From Callorhinchus milii (lineage: Eukaryota): a stretch of 64,000 bases of DNA. Each line of letters opens with the position of its first letter. Position 1 is the first letter of the stretch. This document shows, in pieces, positions 25,757 through 38,998 of this stretch. The stretch covers positions 13,392,001-13,456,000 of the forward strand of contig NW_024704755.1 in the NCBI RefSeq assembly GCF_018977255.1, given 5' to 3'. A program made the translations under genes and the position numbers. A model generated the notes under the pieces. The model saw nothing but the letters and a program-made list of their open reading frames with translations. It did no database searches and was not told where the DNA came from.

Positions 25757-27966
25757 AGAAGTGAACTTGTTAGTGCAGCTAGTTGTGTTAATTGTTGATG
25801 TACTGGTCCTATTATTGTCTTAATCAGAATCAGCTCAGTGCCCAAGGCCGGCTGATTAAACAGCGAGCAGGTGTCAGGTGGGTGAAGATGTGCAGACGGA
25901 CCTGCACATATCAGCCTCATATGTAAAGAAGAGGACCGTGATATAAAAGGATAACTGAGCTGCACTTTGTCAGTTTAAGTTGCGGGGGGAGTGAGTATGT
26001 TTTGTTTCTCCAGGAAGACAGGACTTTCACCTGAGGTTCTATGACTCAAGCCAAGTTCCAGTAACAATGAAAGAAGAAATAAACATACTTTGACAAGAAC
26101 GTGACCGCAATAGACTGAACGCCCGCTATTATCAGCGTTCCCAAGCAAGAGAAGCCGGAGATGTTCGTCTGCTGTCTATGAAGTTTGAAGCGCTTTGGGA
26201 CGTCCTCCCGACGTGAAAAGCGCTATATCAAATGCAAGGATTATTATTATTATTATATTGTCATTATAATGACCTGCTCTATGTGAGCATGATATTGTAT
26301 GCCTGCCGATTGTAACCATGTTTATTGAATCAATGTGAAATAATATGTCTTTTTCCCTCAGTAAGTAAATGAGCTATGAAGCACAAAATACAAGTGACTT
26401 TGGTTCCTCTGTTCTTGGGTTCCCAACTATTTCAGTGAAACAGAATAAGATGGTCTTTTCTGGCAGCCCTTTTTGTCCCAGGCTTTAAACAGAATGGTTA
26501 GTTCCACTGCTGCCATATCGTTGAACCCCAATCGTGGCTGTAAAACTGCACTATTTGCACCCAGATTTGTCCTCGCACTTGGCAAAAGAAATCTGCTGCC
26601 TTTGATGCGGTCTGAGCTACTGACAGGAAGGTCCTGATCACTGAACATCTGTGATTACTGCACGATGTTGCCCATGTTTTGCCCACAAAATACAGTCAAT
26701 TCACTTTACAGTATATTCTGTGAAACGCTTTAACACGTCTCGAAGACACGATAAGGTGCTGTATCAATGCAAGGTTTATTATGTCAACAGCCAATCCCAG
26801 TGCAGGACCAGAGTTGGGAGATGCTTTAATAAAATACAGTCCGGTGCAGATTGGGAGATCTGCTATTAGTTTAAAAACCTAACAACAACAGCATGAGAGC
26901 AACTGTTAATGAATCAGACTGGTCACACAATCCTTAATGTTCCACAGATAAACGAGGAGCTGCAGGTACATTTGTCTGTGAGTTCCCGCAGGATTTAGTA
27001 CTTGTGATCATTTGCAATTACATTTTCAACCTCAATGTGAAACCACAGCTTGCAGGTCAGTCAGCCTGGCAACAGATATTCTGTGTGGAACATTCCCCTG
27101 TGGTCACACAATAGAGCAGGCTTCCCACCATCCATTGTATCCAAAATGCTGAATTTCCAGCCTCAATCACTGTCAGCCGACAAATACAGTCACTACACAA
27201 TCGAGTAAACCATGTAAAGTGCTTTGAGACGTTTCAACAATGTGATCAGGCACTACATCAAAGGCAAAGATTGTTATCATCACAGAGTGAGTTCTTGTTA
27301 AATTTTCCTTCCTCTCCCTATCCAATTTTGTCTCTTCTCAGAAGTTGCTAACCAATGTTGGGGTGCAATTCTACAACACAAACTAACTGACAACTCTAAA
27401 CAGTTGCCAGCTGTTCACCCGGAGGTCAGTAAGACACGAGTCAATGCTGATTTGATGTAAATAAACCTTTAACACAAGTTATTCCAAGATTAACAGCTGA
27501 TCAGATTTACAAAGTACTTCCACTCATGATTCACGCACATACTGTAGCTTTACCCAAAATTGTAAAGTGCATAAAGAACCTGGAACTTTCAGCTTGAGAT
27601 AGACTCGGGTCACTCACTCTTGACATGGCATCAGCACTACTGTGGTACGATACAAAGGAGAATCTAATATTTACAAAGCCTGAGATTGGGGGTGAAATCC
27701 TATTTGATTTTCACTGTGCAACGTTTTCCATTCAAAAAATGTATTGTAACAGTTCTCAGCAGAGGGGTGTTCGATATAAACCAGCCACGGTATTGCAGAC
27801 TTCACAGGTCAACAGTCAGTCGGCAAGACTGGTGCATTGAGGAATGGGAATCAGTTCCCTCTGTAACCGCTGAAGACGTGTGAATCAAACAAGACCTCTC
27901 CCTGAGCTGTCCCTGCAGCGAGTTCTCTGTGGGATCCAGTCCCGCTGGGGAGATCAGTGGCCAGGA

Positions 27967-28071
27967 CTATTGTAAAGGGAAGGAAAATATCTTGTTCCCG
28001 GTTTTGCACCGAACCTGATCTGCGTATACCCGGAGGATCCTGGCGCTGTCCTCAAACTTATCCACTATATC
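27967..28071 (-). CDS. USB1: USB1 (U6 snRNA phosphodiesterase) exon 7
   Basis: Encodes [34 protein letters not shown], matching the USB1 C-terminus. Acceptor tttgcag. Confidence 0.93.
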   Translation of the reverse strand, partial: DIVDKFEDSARILRVYADQVRCKTGNKIFSFPLQ

Positions 28072-30125
28072 CTGCAAACAAACAAAAACATCTTAAATAC
28101 GAGGTGAATGCAGTAACACCGTACGTTGAAACCCTTTTAAGTTCAAAATAGTTGAGCACAGGAAGACAGAACGAGTTGGCTTGGCTCAGAAGAGATTGGG
28201 TTGAACAGCTTACAGGCCAGGTTGACACTGCACTGCAGCCATTGGGGGAACCGCCTATTGTCAGAGGTTGCGTCCATCGGGCGAGACGTTAAACCCAGGC
28301 TCTTGCCTGCTTGCTCAGATGATTATTAAAAATCCTATGACTGTGCCTTAAAAAGAGAAGGGGGTTTCTCCTGGTGTTCTGGTTAGCAAAACCTAGAGCA
28401 GGCTGGATGGGCTAATGCAATGATTTGAGGTGCAACATTCCTGGCCCAGTGGGACTGCGAATGAAGCTCATTCAAATTCCTCATTTGGTAAGTGCAGTAA
28501 CTCTCGTGAAGCAATTACACGAAACATTTAATGCTGATTCTTGGGACTCCTGACATTTAAAGGGCTCTCAGCATTTTACAGGAAATAGCTTTCACACAAC
28601 CAGAACCTAATCTCTGCAGCAATAACATACGCAAAGTGATTGCATCTCTATGACGTTACGAGCCAGTTTAATAACAGGCACCCGTTAAATTTGCACTGCA
28701 AAAATTCCGACCTCAATGTTAGGTAAGGCTGGTGTTGCCACCTCCTGCAAACAATGAGTACTGCACCTGTACCAAATACTGGGAAAATTCTCCGAAAACT
28801 ATTCTGAAACTTTTAACACAAAGATAAGATAAATAAACAAGGTAGGTTACGCAGAATAGAAAGGACATTTCAGAATTTGTGTGCAGACAGTGGCGAAGAG
28901 AAAGTATTAAAGATAAGAGTTTCACAAACAGAACAACAGAATAACATGTCCTGCTTGACCCAGGTTATATTTTTAAGGACAAAATGTCACTTTACAGCAT
29001 CATATCTTTACTGGTCTGGTCTGGACAATTACTCATACAACATCACACACACACACCCTCTCTCTCTCCTCGCCCTCCATACACTCCGCTCTCATAAAGG
29101 GCGATGCAATGGTTTCTTAATGACATGGTCAGATGGGTAACAGGGTGGAGCTCCTTACATGACGTACGTACTGACCCAAAGAATAGCCCTAGTGTTTAAT
29201 ATGAAGTGGGCCTATCATCGTTATAAAGAGTGATTCTTTGTTACTTGTTTATTAGGGCATTTCAACACCATGATCAGATCACTCCCCTAAATGCCTGACA
29301 GGCCCAAGGTCGCTCTCAATCGCCACGTACATATATAGGCATCTACAGGCTGTGAGGATCGACTGAATCAGCTCAGCATCTTCAGCCTCAAAAACAGACA
29401 TCTTAGGAGGGACCATATCGCGGTATATAATAGGGTAGAGAGAGAGTAAAATACACCTTATCTCTCCCCATTCCTGTGTGGTTCTCTGGACTGCACTGTG
29501 AATAGCTCTGACATCCAACACCCAATATGATGACTACGAGAAAGAACTTTCATTTTTATCACATCTCATCCAAGCATCTAAACATGCTTTACACTAATTA
29601 ATGTAAAGTGCAGCGACTGCTATTGCAGTGCATCGAGACGCTGCCCCAAGTGAAGAGCTGTATAAATGCAAGTTGCTGCTACTGCAAGCACACCAGGCAG
29701 CCCCACTTTAACACACAGCAATGTCCCACAAACAGCCACCGCCACGAGACTAATTTATAGAGTATTGTTTGGCAAGGAAACTAGGAGAAACTGCCTTCTC
29801 TCTCGGAATAGTGTCATGGGGTCTTTGATGTCCACCTGAAGAACAGGGCCCTCAGATTAACGTCTCACTGAAGGACGGCTCCTCCGACAATGTAATGCTC
29901 TCCTACTACTGTGCTGGAGTGTAAGCCAAGACTATGAGCTCAAGCTGACCCATAGGCAAGAATGCAACCAACTGAGCCAAGCTGATATCTCTTAAAAAAA
30001 ACACATACCATTGGAACTTTAAAATAACTTTATTACTTGTGAAATCAAACTATAACCAGGCTACTCCCCAGCGCTGGAGGGATGAGCCATGAGGAATGAG
30101 CAGATAATTTGGCTTCAGTGCCTAC

Positions 30126-30206
30126 CTGTAATTCCTGCTGGTGTTTTGCAAGCTGAGCAGTAGCATCTCCCAAGCACCAGCCCAGGCTAATGTGAAAGGA
30201 AGGGCT
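30126..30206 (-). CDS. USB1: USB1 exon 6
   Basis: Encodes SPSFHISLGWCLGDATAQLAKHQQELQ, containing the second catalytic HxS motif. AG/GT boundaries. Confidence 0.93.
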
Positions 30207-30659
30207 CTGTTAAAATGCAAGAGGCACATGACTTACAATGCAGCTTAGTCAACATTTCTACACAATTGGTAAAGTCTTTCCAGAACTGCTTAAGTCACAA
30301 GGAGAAGCTGGCTAAAGATCGGTTAGATTACTTGGGTTCGTGGAGGACATTTAAAGAGTGACCTGATTGACGGGTTGAAAATATCGAAGGCCACCGACAA
30401 GCTATATATTCAACAATTCTTCCTTCAGGTAGCGGGATCCTAAAAGCAAGGAAGCAATCTTAAAATAACGGTGAGGACGTTTACCAATGCTATCGAACAC
30501 ACTTCTTCCTACAGAGGATTCTGAAAATGTTCCGCAAAACCATAGTGTGGAAATTATTGGACCATATAAGAGGAAGGCAATACTTAATACTCATACGCAA
30601 GCTGCTTGTTGTGAAGAGCAATTCCCCAGTAGGCAACATGCCACCACACTGGCTGCTGT

Positions 30660-31350
30660 GATTAAAACTCTCTGAATCCGTGCGCAACTTAGGCATCCGG
30701 TTCGATCTCCAGTAATCCTTCCTCCCCAACACCTGGTCCCTGGCCCGGACTACTTTCTTCCACCTCCACCACATTGCCCTCTCTCCGACAATATCTCACT
30801 CCACAAGCTGCCGAAACCCATGTCCACTCTTGTGTCACCTCTCAGCTGGACTACTCGAACGCCCTCCTCGCCGGTCTCCCCTCCTCCACTATTCACAAAA
30901 TTCAACTCATCCAAAACTCCGCAGTCCACATTCTCACCCGCACTAAACTCTGCACTCGATTGCTCCAGTCCTTGCCAAACTCCACTGGCTCCCTGTCACA
31001 AAGCAGATCGACTTCGAGATCCTCACTCTAGTGTTTAAATTCATCCACGCCTTGGCACCCCCCCATCTCTCCAACCTCCTCTCTTCCCACAGCAGTAGCC
31101 GCTGCTTCCGCTCCACTGGATACGGCCTCCTCTTTGTCCTTCAAATCCTCTGCTCCACCATCGGCGGCCATACCTTCAGCCAATATGCCCCGAAACTATG
31201 GAACTCCCTTTGCCTTGCCCCCTCTTTCCCCGTTTTCAGGTTGGGTCTGAAGATCTTTCTCTTTGACCGTGCCTATGGTCACCTTTCCCTCCCCCTGGCT
31301 CGGCATTAGGCTCCGCATTGTTAAGCGCTCTGCGATGCTGTTGTTGTTGT
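30660..31350 (+). mobile_element. L2 LINE 3' fragment
   Basis: Encodes SQLDYSNALLAGLP...LQLIQNSA-like residues and ends in the L2 tail. Confidence 0.85.
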
Positions 31351-31414
31351 TATGCTGAGAGCCTGAACCACCAACACTGTATTCACTTGTTGTTGAACGT
31401 TGAGATGGTCACAC

Positions 31415-31520
31415 CTTATAGAACGTTTTCAGATCATACTCCTCCATGCATTTGTCCACCTCATGGACCAGCTCGAGGAGATACTTGTCACCAGCGGAAA
31501 CCTCCAAACCCAGGAAGGTC
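31415..31520 (-). CDS. USB1: USB1 exon 5
   Basis: Encodes TFLGLEVSAGDKYLLELVHEVDKCMEEYDLKTFYK. 106 nt, AG/GT boundaries. Confidence 0.93.
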
Positions 31521-32165
31521 CTGCAAGATGGGAGAACGCTTCTTAACTCATCGTGAAGTACAATTACAAGCAACTCAGAAGTTCAACTGGCCTCGGTGCC
31601 TCATGGAAAGGGAGAGTAAAACCAACAAGGTTAACTAACCGATTGTGGACCAGTGAAGACCACCCCACATCCGGCCAAGACTGTGGACACCCTGTGGACA
31701 TCGAGGGGACAGATTTGGGCTTGGGTATGATTGCGTCATTTTTCCTGCTGACACTCACTGTCCGAGCTGCTGGGTATACGAGCACTCCGAGACACCGTCC
31801 AATGTGAAGGGCGCTCTTTAAATGTGAGTTGTTGTTGTTGGTGTATCCCAGCAGCACTCAGCTGATGATCAGACTTTCACGTCCAATGAATGAGAAATAA
31901 CCATTGGTCACTGGGAGTTAGGGTTTTCACGTCCACAGGAGATGGTTTTAAAGTGACCTCAACTCGTTGAGGAGTCACGTAGTGGAAACAAGCCACTGAC
32001 CAGAAAGACATCTTTTTATTATACAATAGAAGGGAAAGTAAGTGTTGCCGGAGCCACGGCCAAAGGTTTTGGTTGATTTACCAATCTCAAAGGCTGCAGA
32101 GAGCTTGGGACAGGTTGGATCTCGGGTGACGCCATCTACTGGGTGATTCCAAGCGCACACTCTAC

Positions 32166-32219
32166 CTGGTCTTCTCTTGGTTACAGTAGATCTTCACCTT
32201 GTCCGAGACACAGTAAAAC
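32166..32219 (-). CDS. USB1: USB1 exon 4
   Basis: Encodes FYCVSDKVKIYCNQEKTR. 54 nt, AG/GT boundaries. Confidence 0.93.
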
Positions 32220-32972
32220 CTGTTGCGGTGAGCAGAGTAATTCCACAAGTCAATGACAGTAACCCAAACGAGAAGAAAACGTAACACGAGCGTCAGTGAA
32301 CGTAATGAGGCTTGGATCCCCACCCGAGAGACGAGGAGTCGGCAGAAACGGAGAGAATAGGAAAGCGTCTGCCACCCTGAGCAATATATCAGACACGGCA
32401 ACTGCGTTTCAGGCTTTAAGTGACATCAGCTTTAAGAGGAGCTTGTTCTGGAGGTTGTTAAAGATCCCATCTGCTATTTCAAAGAACAGGACATTCTCCC
32501 AGTGTCCACTCATCAAAATGATATCCTCAAATACTGCGCTGTAATTGGCCAATCACCACTGCCCTGTTTAAACTGCTGCAACTTCCTAAACAATAGTCAC
32601 TACACTCCAAAGTGTGTTAGCTTGGCTCAGTGGCAGCACTCTCGCCCTGAAGATTGTGGGTTCAAATCCCACGTAGGGCCTTGGAACTCGCATAGTCTGA
32701 GCTGACACTCCAATGCAGTGATGTGGGTGTGCTGCATTGACAGAGGTGCCGTCCTTTGGATGAGATTTTAAACTGAGGTCCAGTCTGCCTGTTCAGTGGA
32801 CGTTAAAGATCCCATGGTACTACTCGAAACAAAAAGGGAATTTCTCCTGGTGTCCTGTTTGTGTCTCAAAAGCGCTTCACAGAATATACTGTAAAGTGAA
32901 TTGACTGTGTAGTTTGTGGGCGAAACGTATCGAATGTATTAGCAACATATAGGTCAGTAACTTCAGTCTTAC

Positions 32973-33156
32973 CTGTCATAAGGAGACAGCAAGTCCTTTA
33001 AGGACTGCACAAAGGGGGTTATCCAGTGATAGCGCAACACCACGGTCTGTGAAAGGCTGATGTGGAACTCCAGCATCCTGGTCATGGAAGCCCCAACCTC
33101 AAGAAGGTGGGACAGCAGCAGGTCAGTGAGTTCCACAAACTCCTCCTCAGGGTTAT
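32973..33156 (-). CDS. USB1: USB1 exon 3
   Basis: Encodes NPEEEFVELTDLLL...EFHISLSQTVVLRYHWITPFVQSLK..., containing the first HxS motif. 184 nt. Confidence 0.95.
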
Positions 33157-34119
33157 CTGATAGAAACCAGGTTTAATAATCTTTAACTGCAACGCAGCCT
33201 TAAGCCACAGCACCACATGGTACACAGGAAAGGCAACAACACACAGCTCTGCACAAGGAACACACGACCTACCTCACACAGATTATTCCTAACTGGAGTT
33301 AAGTTTCATAATACTGCGATTCAAAGTGAATTAATGGTTAATGGAGAGCCAGTACTCCAGATTAATTGCTTGTTCACCTCAAGGTTATTTATGGGGCTTT
33401 GCTACGTGCAAAGGAGTTGCCACTTATATCTGCAAATTACAGGCACGAAAAGACATGACACTAATTCCTGTGAAGCATTTCAATGTTTTAAAAATGCAAC
33501 AATAAAATGCAAGTTCTTTCTTCATATTGTTACCTCAACACTAACAACATTTACCTTGAGAAATAGAAAGATTGTTACCGTTATTTGGCATTCACTTTAT
33601 CGCTCTTTGTGGGACATTGCTGTTGGCAAATTAGCTATTGTGTTTCGCCCACAAAATACACAATCACTGCACTTTACAATAAATCCTGTGAAGTGCTTGA
33701 AGATGTCCTCCCATTGTGAAAGGTTCACGCAGGGCTAATTGCCATTATAAATCCATCCAGAAAAAACTTTAGGTACTTTTTTTATTACATTTCCTTTTGC
33801 TATCAAGACACTAAGAAGTGCATCAGATTGATCCGAACTGACAGCCTTAGAACCCTGAAATTTCTTACAGTCTTAGGCTTAAGGCCATTGCTGTAACATT
33901 TAAGTTCACGTGAATTTTTGGAAAATTCTTAAAATTCAGTCTCAATGCAGAGGCCGGTTTTCTGAAACCCCTTTTAAGAGCTGTGGAAAATGAAGACAAT
34001 CTAGGAGTGATCTCCGTTGGACCATCCGAGCTCGCGGGAGTCCCCGTGTTTAAGAGTTAATAAACGATTGTTGGATGTGCAGGGCTTCGAGCAGGTTGAG
34101 GCGGGGGCCAGAGACTTAC

Positions 34120-34271
34120 AGTCCACATACACAAGCGTCGACCAGTTGCCTCGCTGGTGAGGAAAGGAGCGGATACGTCCGCTGTGCTTACTGCTGTCGT
34201 CTGACTGCTCTTCCGTGTCCTCGAACATAACCATGACACTGTCCGGGATAGGAAGGCACCGGGATGGCTCA
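34120..34271 (-). CDS. USB1: USB1 exon 2
   Basis: Encodes [50 protein letters not shown]. Donor gtaagt. Exact acceptor uncertain (see findings). Confidence 0.9.
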
Positions 34272-34833
34272 CTGCACACACACACGAAAACATTGGAGCA
34301 CTCAAAGGAAACTCACATTTGTGTAACGCACAGTAATAATAATCCTTCCATTTGATGCGCCGCCTTTCGCCTCAAAGAGTTTCACAGGATTTACCACGAA
34401 GTGTAGTGACTGCGTAAAACAGCGAATTACACTTGTATTGCACCCTTCGCGTCGGAAAGGCGTCCCAGGGCACTGGGCAGTCGGCGGGAGGGGGCGGGGG
34501 GGGGGGCGCGTGCCTAATTTTAAAACTAATTTAAACTTTTCCAACTTAAACCTGCAATACATGTGTGTGTTTCCCCCCCACTCCCACCCACCCCCCCCCC
34601 CCCCCCCCACCCCTTGAAGACCTTTCCTCACACAGCATTTACAAAGCCCTAAAACCTAAAACATTGGTCAAAAATTGGTAACGACATCGGGGCTGGTGTC
34701 GGGTGGGCTTTGGGCTACAAAAGGTATTGTAATACCTAAATACACCCCAAAAAATCCTCTGGGCTGTGACTGCGGCCACCACTGCCCCCCCCCCCCCACC
34801 CCCCACCCCCCCCGACAGCCCCAGTGCAATGCC

Positions 34834-35067
34834 ACCAGGACCTCAGCCCCAGACCAGGACCTCAGCCCCAGACCAGGACCTCAGCCCCAGACCAGGACCT
34901 CAGCCCCAGACCAGGACCTCAGCCCCAGACCAGGACCTCAGCCCCAGACCAGGACCTCAGCCCCAGACCAGGACCTCAGCCCCAGACCAGGACCTCAGCC
35001 CCAGACCAGGACCTCAGCCCCAGACCAGGACCTCAGCCCCAGACCAGGACCTCAGCCCCAGACCAGG
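34834..35067. repeat. Perfect 19-bp VNTR, 12 copies, in USB1 intron 1
   Basis: (accaggacctcagccccag)12 followed by accagg. Confidence 0.97.
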
Positions 35068-35150
35068 GACAGGGACAGGAGGACTCTTCGCTGTTGCGCG
35101 AACCGACCACCAGATGGCGCCGCCGCCCGACTCTGCTCGGTCCCACTCAC

Positions 35151-35255
35151 CCCGCGGGGCCTCCGCTCGCCGCCGCCGCCGCCGCCGCCTCCTTCAGCGC
35201 CGCCCGCCGCTTCGCTCTCATCGTCCGAGGAGCTGCTGTAGTTCACGAGAAACAT
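35151..35255 (-). CDS. USB1: USB1 exon 1
   Basis: Encodes MFLVNYSSSSDDESE..., the LVxYSSS motif of the USB1 N-terminus, within a CpG island. Donor gtgagt at 35150. Confidence 0.85.
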
Positions 35256-36915
35256 ACCTCGGCCGAGCGCTCGGCCCCGAGCGCGGGAGCCGTCAGCGGG
35301 ACGTCAGCGGGAGCCGTCGCTCCTCCCCCTCCCTCTCGCTCTCTGTGCCCCGTGTGTAACAGCCGGAAGCTCCGGGCGGAGCGCAGCGGCAGCACCAGAG
35401 GTTCCGGGGTTCCGGGGTCCCCCCTCCACACCCCACACACACACACACACACACACACAGCAGTTCCCACCAGCAGCGAACACTGCCCCCCAGCGGCAGC
35501 CACAGGCGTCCACCAGCCGTGAGGTTGGGCTCGAACACAGAAGCTCTCTCTTTTTTTCCAACTTTGGGGTTTGGGGGCAATTTGGGAATCAAAACAGCTT
35601 CTGCCCCTTTCATCGCGGTGTCGTGGGCTTCCAAACCCTGCCCGCGGGCGCCCCCACAAACCCCCCCCACCTCACCCCCCCCCCCCACCCACCCACCAAT
35701 GAGAAAATAAAATAATAATCCGCGCCTTTGACCGGGCGCCTCGTCACGTCTTCCAGACGTCTCAAAGTGCGGCGACTCCGTCCAAAAAGTCCGTGGCTGC
35801 TTGTGCGACGCCCCTGTGCGCCATCGGCTGCTGCATTTCGGCCGTAAAACGCTCTGTGTCACTCCACAGTATATTCTGTGAAGCGCTTTGAGACGTCCCA
35901 ACGATGCGATAAGGCGCCACCTCACACGCGAGGATTATTATATATTCTACAAGTCTTACTAAGGAAAATAACCTTAACACAAATGGGAGGCTACTCTGTA
36001 GTCCGAACCGTGATTCCACAATATATTTTTTGTTTCCATTTACCGTCTAAGGGAGGAGCTTGTCCGTGGTTAAGTTTCCTCTTTCGTGTGTTTACAGTTT
36101 CCATACTTTGGGTGAGACGTTGAACCGAGATCCCACCTGCCTAACCAGGTGGACGTTAAAGATTCCGTGGCACTGTTCAAAAAGAGAAGTGAGTCTCTTA
36201 CTGTCACTCACTTCATTGCTGAGAATGGGGACTGGTGATGGTGAATTCAATAGGTTATCTGTTTTTTTGGAGTTCTCCCCTCCTCTCCCGCGATCACAAT
36301 TCCCCAGACACTCTCTTCGCTCAGCAAACACAGACCTGCTCCATGTTCCCCCATCTATCCGACCCCCACTACTTGGTGGGCAAGCTTTCAACCATTCTGC
36401 CCCCGCTCTTTGGAGCTCCATCCCAGCATTCCCCCACCTTGGAACCTCCATTCCCCCCACCATCTTCAAAACTATCTCTTTTTAATACCTAAAGCCCTAC
36501 TTTTGGCCACTTGCCCCCCTTCCAACTCAGGCTACCCGTCGGTTGTATTTTGAGACATCTTCTCGGTGTCAAAAGTGCTACTTAAATATCCTCCCGACGT
36601 GAAAGGCGCTATACAAATGTCATTTTGTTGTTGTTGTAAATGTACTATTTCAGTGAGCGAGTAGTTAACTTATGGAACCAGCTCCCTAGGGAGATGGTGG
36701 AAGCAAAAAATATCAGGTGGTTTCAAGAACAAATGAGATAGATTTCTGCTAGAAAATAATATCTGGGGATACAGTATATAGTTTGGGACACGACATGTCA
36801 AGCGACTGCCCGGATGGTGGGATGCAAACAACATGGACCTCGGTCTTCTTTGGCCTAACAATGTCTTATGTCCTTAAAATGGAGCAGTGTATAGAGGACT
36901 GAGCTGCCATGTGTT

Positions 36916-37241
36916 ATAATAATAATAATAATCCTTGCATTTGATATCGCGCTTTTCACGTCGGGAGGACGTCCCAAAGCGCTTCACAGAATATACTGTA
37001 AAGTGAATTGACTGTATATTTGTGGGCGAACGCAGCAGCCAATTGCGCAGAGCAATGTCCCACAAACAGTCGTAGATTGAAAATGACCAATTTATTATTG
37101 TTTTTGGTTTTTGGAGGGATTATTATTAGGCTCTGTGTGGAGTAAGGAAACTTGCCCAAGGTTTCGCCCTCTGCCTGGAATTGAACTCAAGTTTCTCACT
37201 TACAAAGCGAATGCTCTAACCACTGAGCTACAGGACTCCAC
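36916..37241 (-). mobile_element. Family A tRNA-derived SINE, full length
   Basis: Reverse complement of the 48167 copy, with tRNA head (A/B boxes). Confidence 0.92.
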
Positions 37242-38459
37242 TAGTGAGGGACAGAAAGCAGACATGAGAGACAGAGGCACGTCCTTGCATGGTGAAAACA
37301 TTTTTATTTGTAATATGTTACTTTAAAGAATTTTTAATTTGTTTTTCTTCAACTAAAATATCGGCATGCAAATGGAATCTGCATTATCATCGTGACTCAT
37401 TCTTATGACTCGCTGTTGCAATTGGGTCACGAGTTATGGTTGTAAAGTTGTGGTTGTAAAGTTGTGCTCATCCCAGTTTGTTTTTTGGGGCCGAGTGGCA
37501 AAAGACAAAAAAAAAAAAGTGGCCGACAAGACAAAAGAAAAAAATTCCAACTGACTTAAGATCAACCACAAATTGTGCTTACACAACTCCTTTCACGCAG
37601 CAAAGTAACTCATGGAGCTTCACAGAGACTCACTAAGCAGGAGCCTGGCCAGGGTGGGAGTTCAAGCTGATGGGACGAGGAGGAAGGTGGCAGAAGGCAG
37701 AGTCAAAACAGAAGGTTTATTGGAGAGGTTTTGAAGACTGGGAGGGTTTGAGGTGAAGATTTAAGGAGAAGGTTTACAGAGAGAGAGGAGGGCAACATTG
37801 CTGAAACCTCACTTGACGATGGTGGGCCTGGTTCCTGGTTCTCTCTCGTTCCCCCTCTGCTCCACCAATTGGCGGCCGTGCTTTCAGTCACTAACCACCA
37901 AAACTCTGGATCTCTCTCTCTCAAACCCTCTGCCTTGCCCCTTCCGTACCCCCTTTTCAGATCACGTCTTCAGACCTTCTTCGACCGTGCTTATAGTCAC
38001 CTCCTCCCTCCCTCCAGCTCAGCGTCAGGCTCTGAATCTGTTCAGGGCTCCGGGACCCTACCCTGCACGAAGGGTGCTTTATAACTTGCAAGTTGTTGTT
38101 GTTGCGTGTGTGTGTGTGTGTGTGGAGCAGGTCTGAATTGGTTGAGTGGCCTGAGTCAGATCACAGAGGTAACTTTGCACATCCGCTGGAATTGTGGAGT
38201 CAATTAGATTTAAAACAAAGCCATCTCTGTGTTTAAAATACAATTATACTCGCTGGGGAGGGGGGGGAGGGGGGCTGGGGACGGGGCAGAGTGGGCTGGG
38301 GGTCTGCGGTATGATGATATCACAGACACAAGGTGAGGAGGATTAAGACAAGATTCTTCATTACTTACTCAAGGTCTCGAGACAATGCAAAACTGATCAA
38401 AGGCCAGGTTGCCTCACAAGAGTATCTGACAATGAGTAAGAAACACCTGTAGTTGCAGT

Positions 38460-38740
38460 GATATAATAATGTGCACACGTTACAGCTTAAGAGCACACAG
38501 CACACAACTCTGCTCTTTCCAGTCGGGACGATCCCCGACACTCTGATTGCAGACGACACCAATGTTGCACTCAGATCCCCGAAGGATAAGAGAATCCCAG
38601 TGTCCTGTCCGCCTCCTGGTGACTGTGACCCTCCCCCCCCCCTCTCCCTCCCTCGGGTCCTGAGTGCAGTCTCTCGCAGTTGCACTGGGTTCTTCTTTTT
38701 TTGCACTCGCTGTTCCTCCTAAACCGTATAAAACCCGACT
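38460..38740 (+). promoter_or_regulatory. Metallothionein-B promoter with four MREs and a TATA box
   Basis: TGCRCNC at 38472 (+), 38566 (+), 38662 (-) and 38702 (+). TATAAAA at 38727. Confidence 0.85.
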
Positions 38741-38832
38741 CCTGTGCAGCACAGAGGGAGACAGGAGCGGAGATCGAGAAGTCGTGGACTTGCAGACTTG
38801 TGAGAACTGAAGAAAGGAGAGCTTTGCCGAAG

Positions 38833-38866
38833 ATGTCCGACTCTCAGCCTTGCCTCTGCCTGGAGG
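38833..38866 (+). CDS. MT: Metallothionein B (68 aa, shark-type) exon 1
   Basis: join(38833-38866,38999-39076,39384-39478) = [68 protein letters not shown]. Donor gtgagt. Confidence 0.92.
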
Positions 38867-38998
38867 GTGAGTACTGGACTGTCCTCTCTCACCACTCATA
38901 AACCTCTACTTGTGGGATCTTTCTTAAATCGGTCAAAAGGAAACCGTCTGACCGCAAGTGCCTGTCAGCGTGTGTCACTCTGGGCTCTCTGTTCACAG

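Noticed and set aside
25757-26430. Possible solo LTR (TATAAAAG at ~25942, AATAAA at ~26078)
   Set aside because: I could not define TG...CA termini, a TSD or a second copy.
34834-35067. Regular direct repeats resembling a CRISPR array, and the repetitive ORFs across them
   Set aside because: There are no spacers and no cas genes. It is a eukaryotic intronic VNTR.
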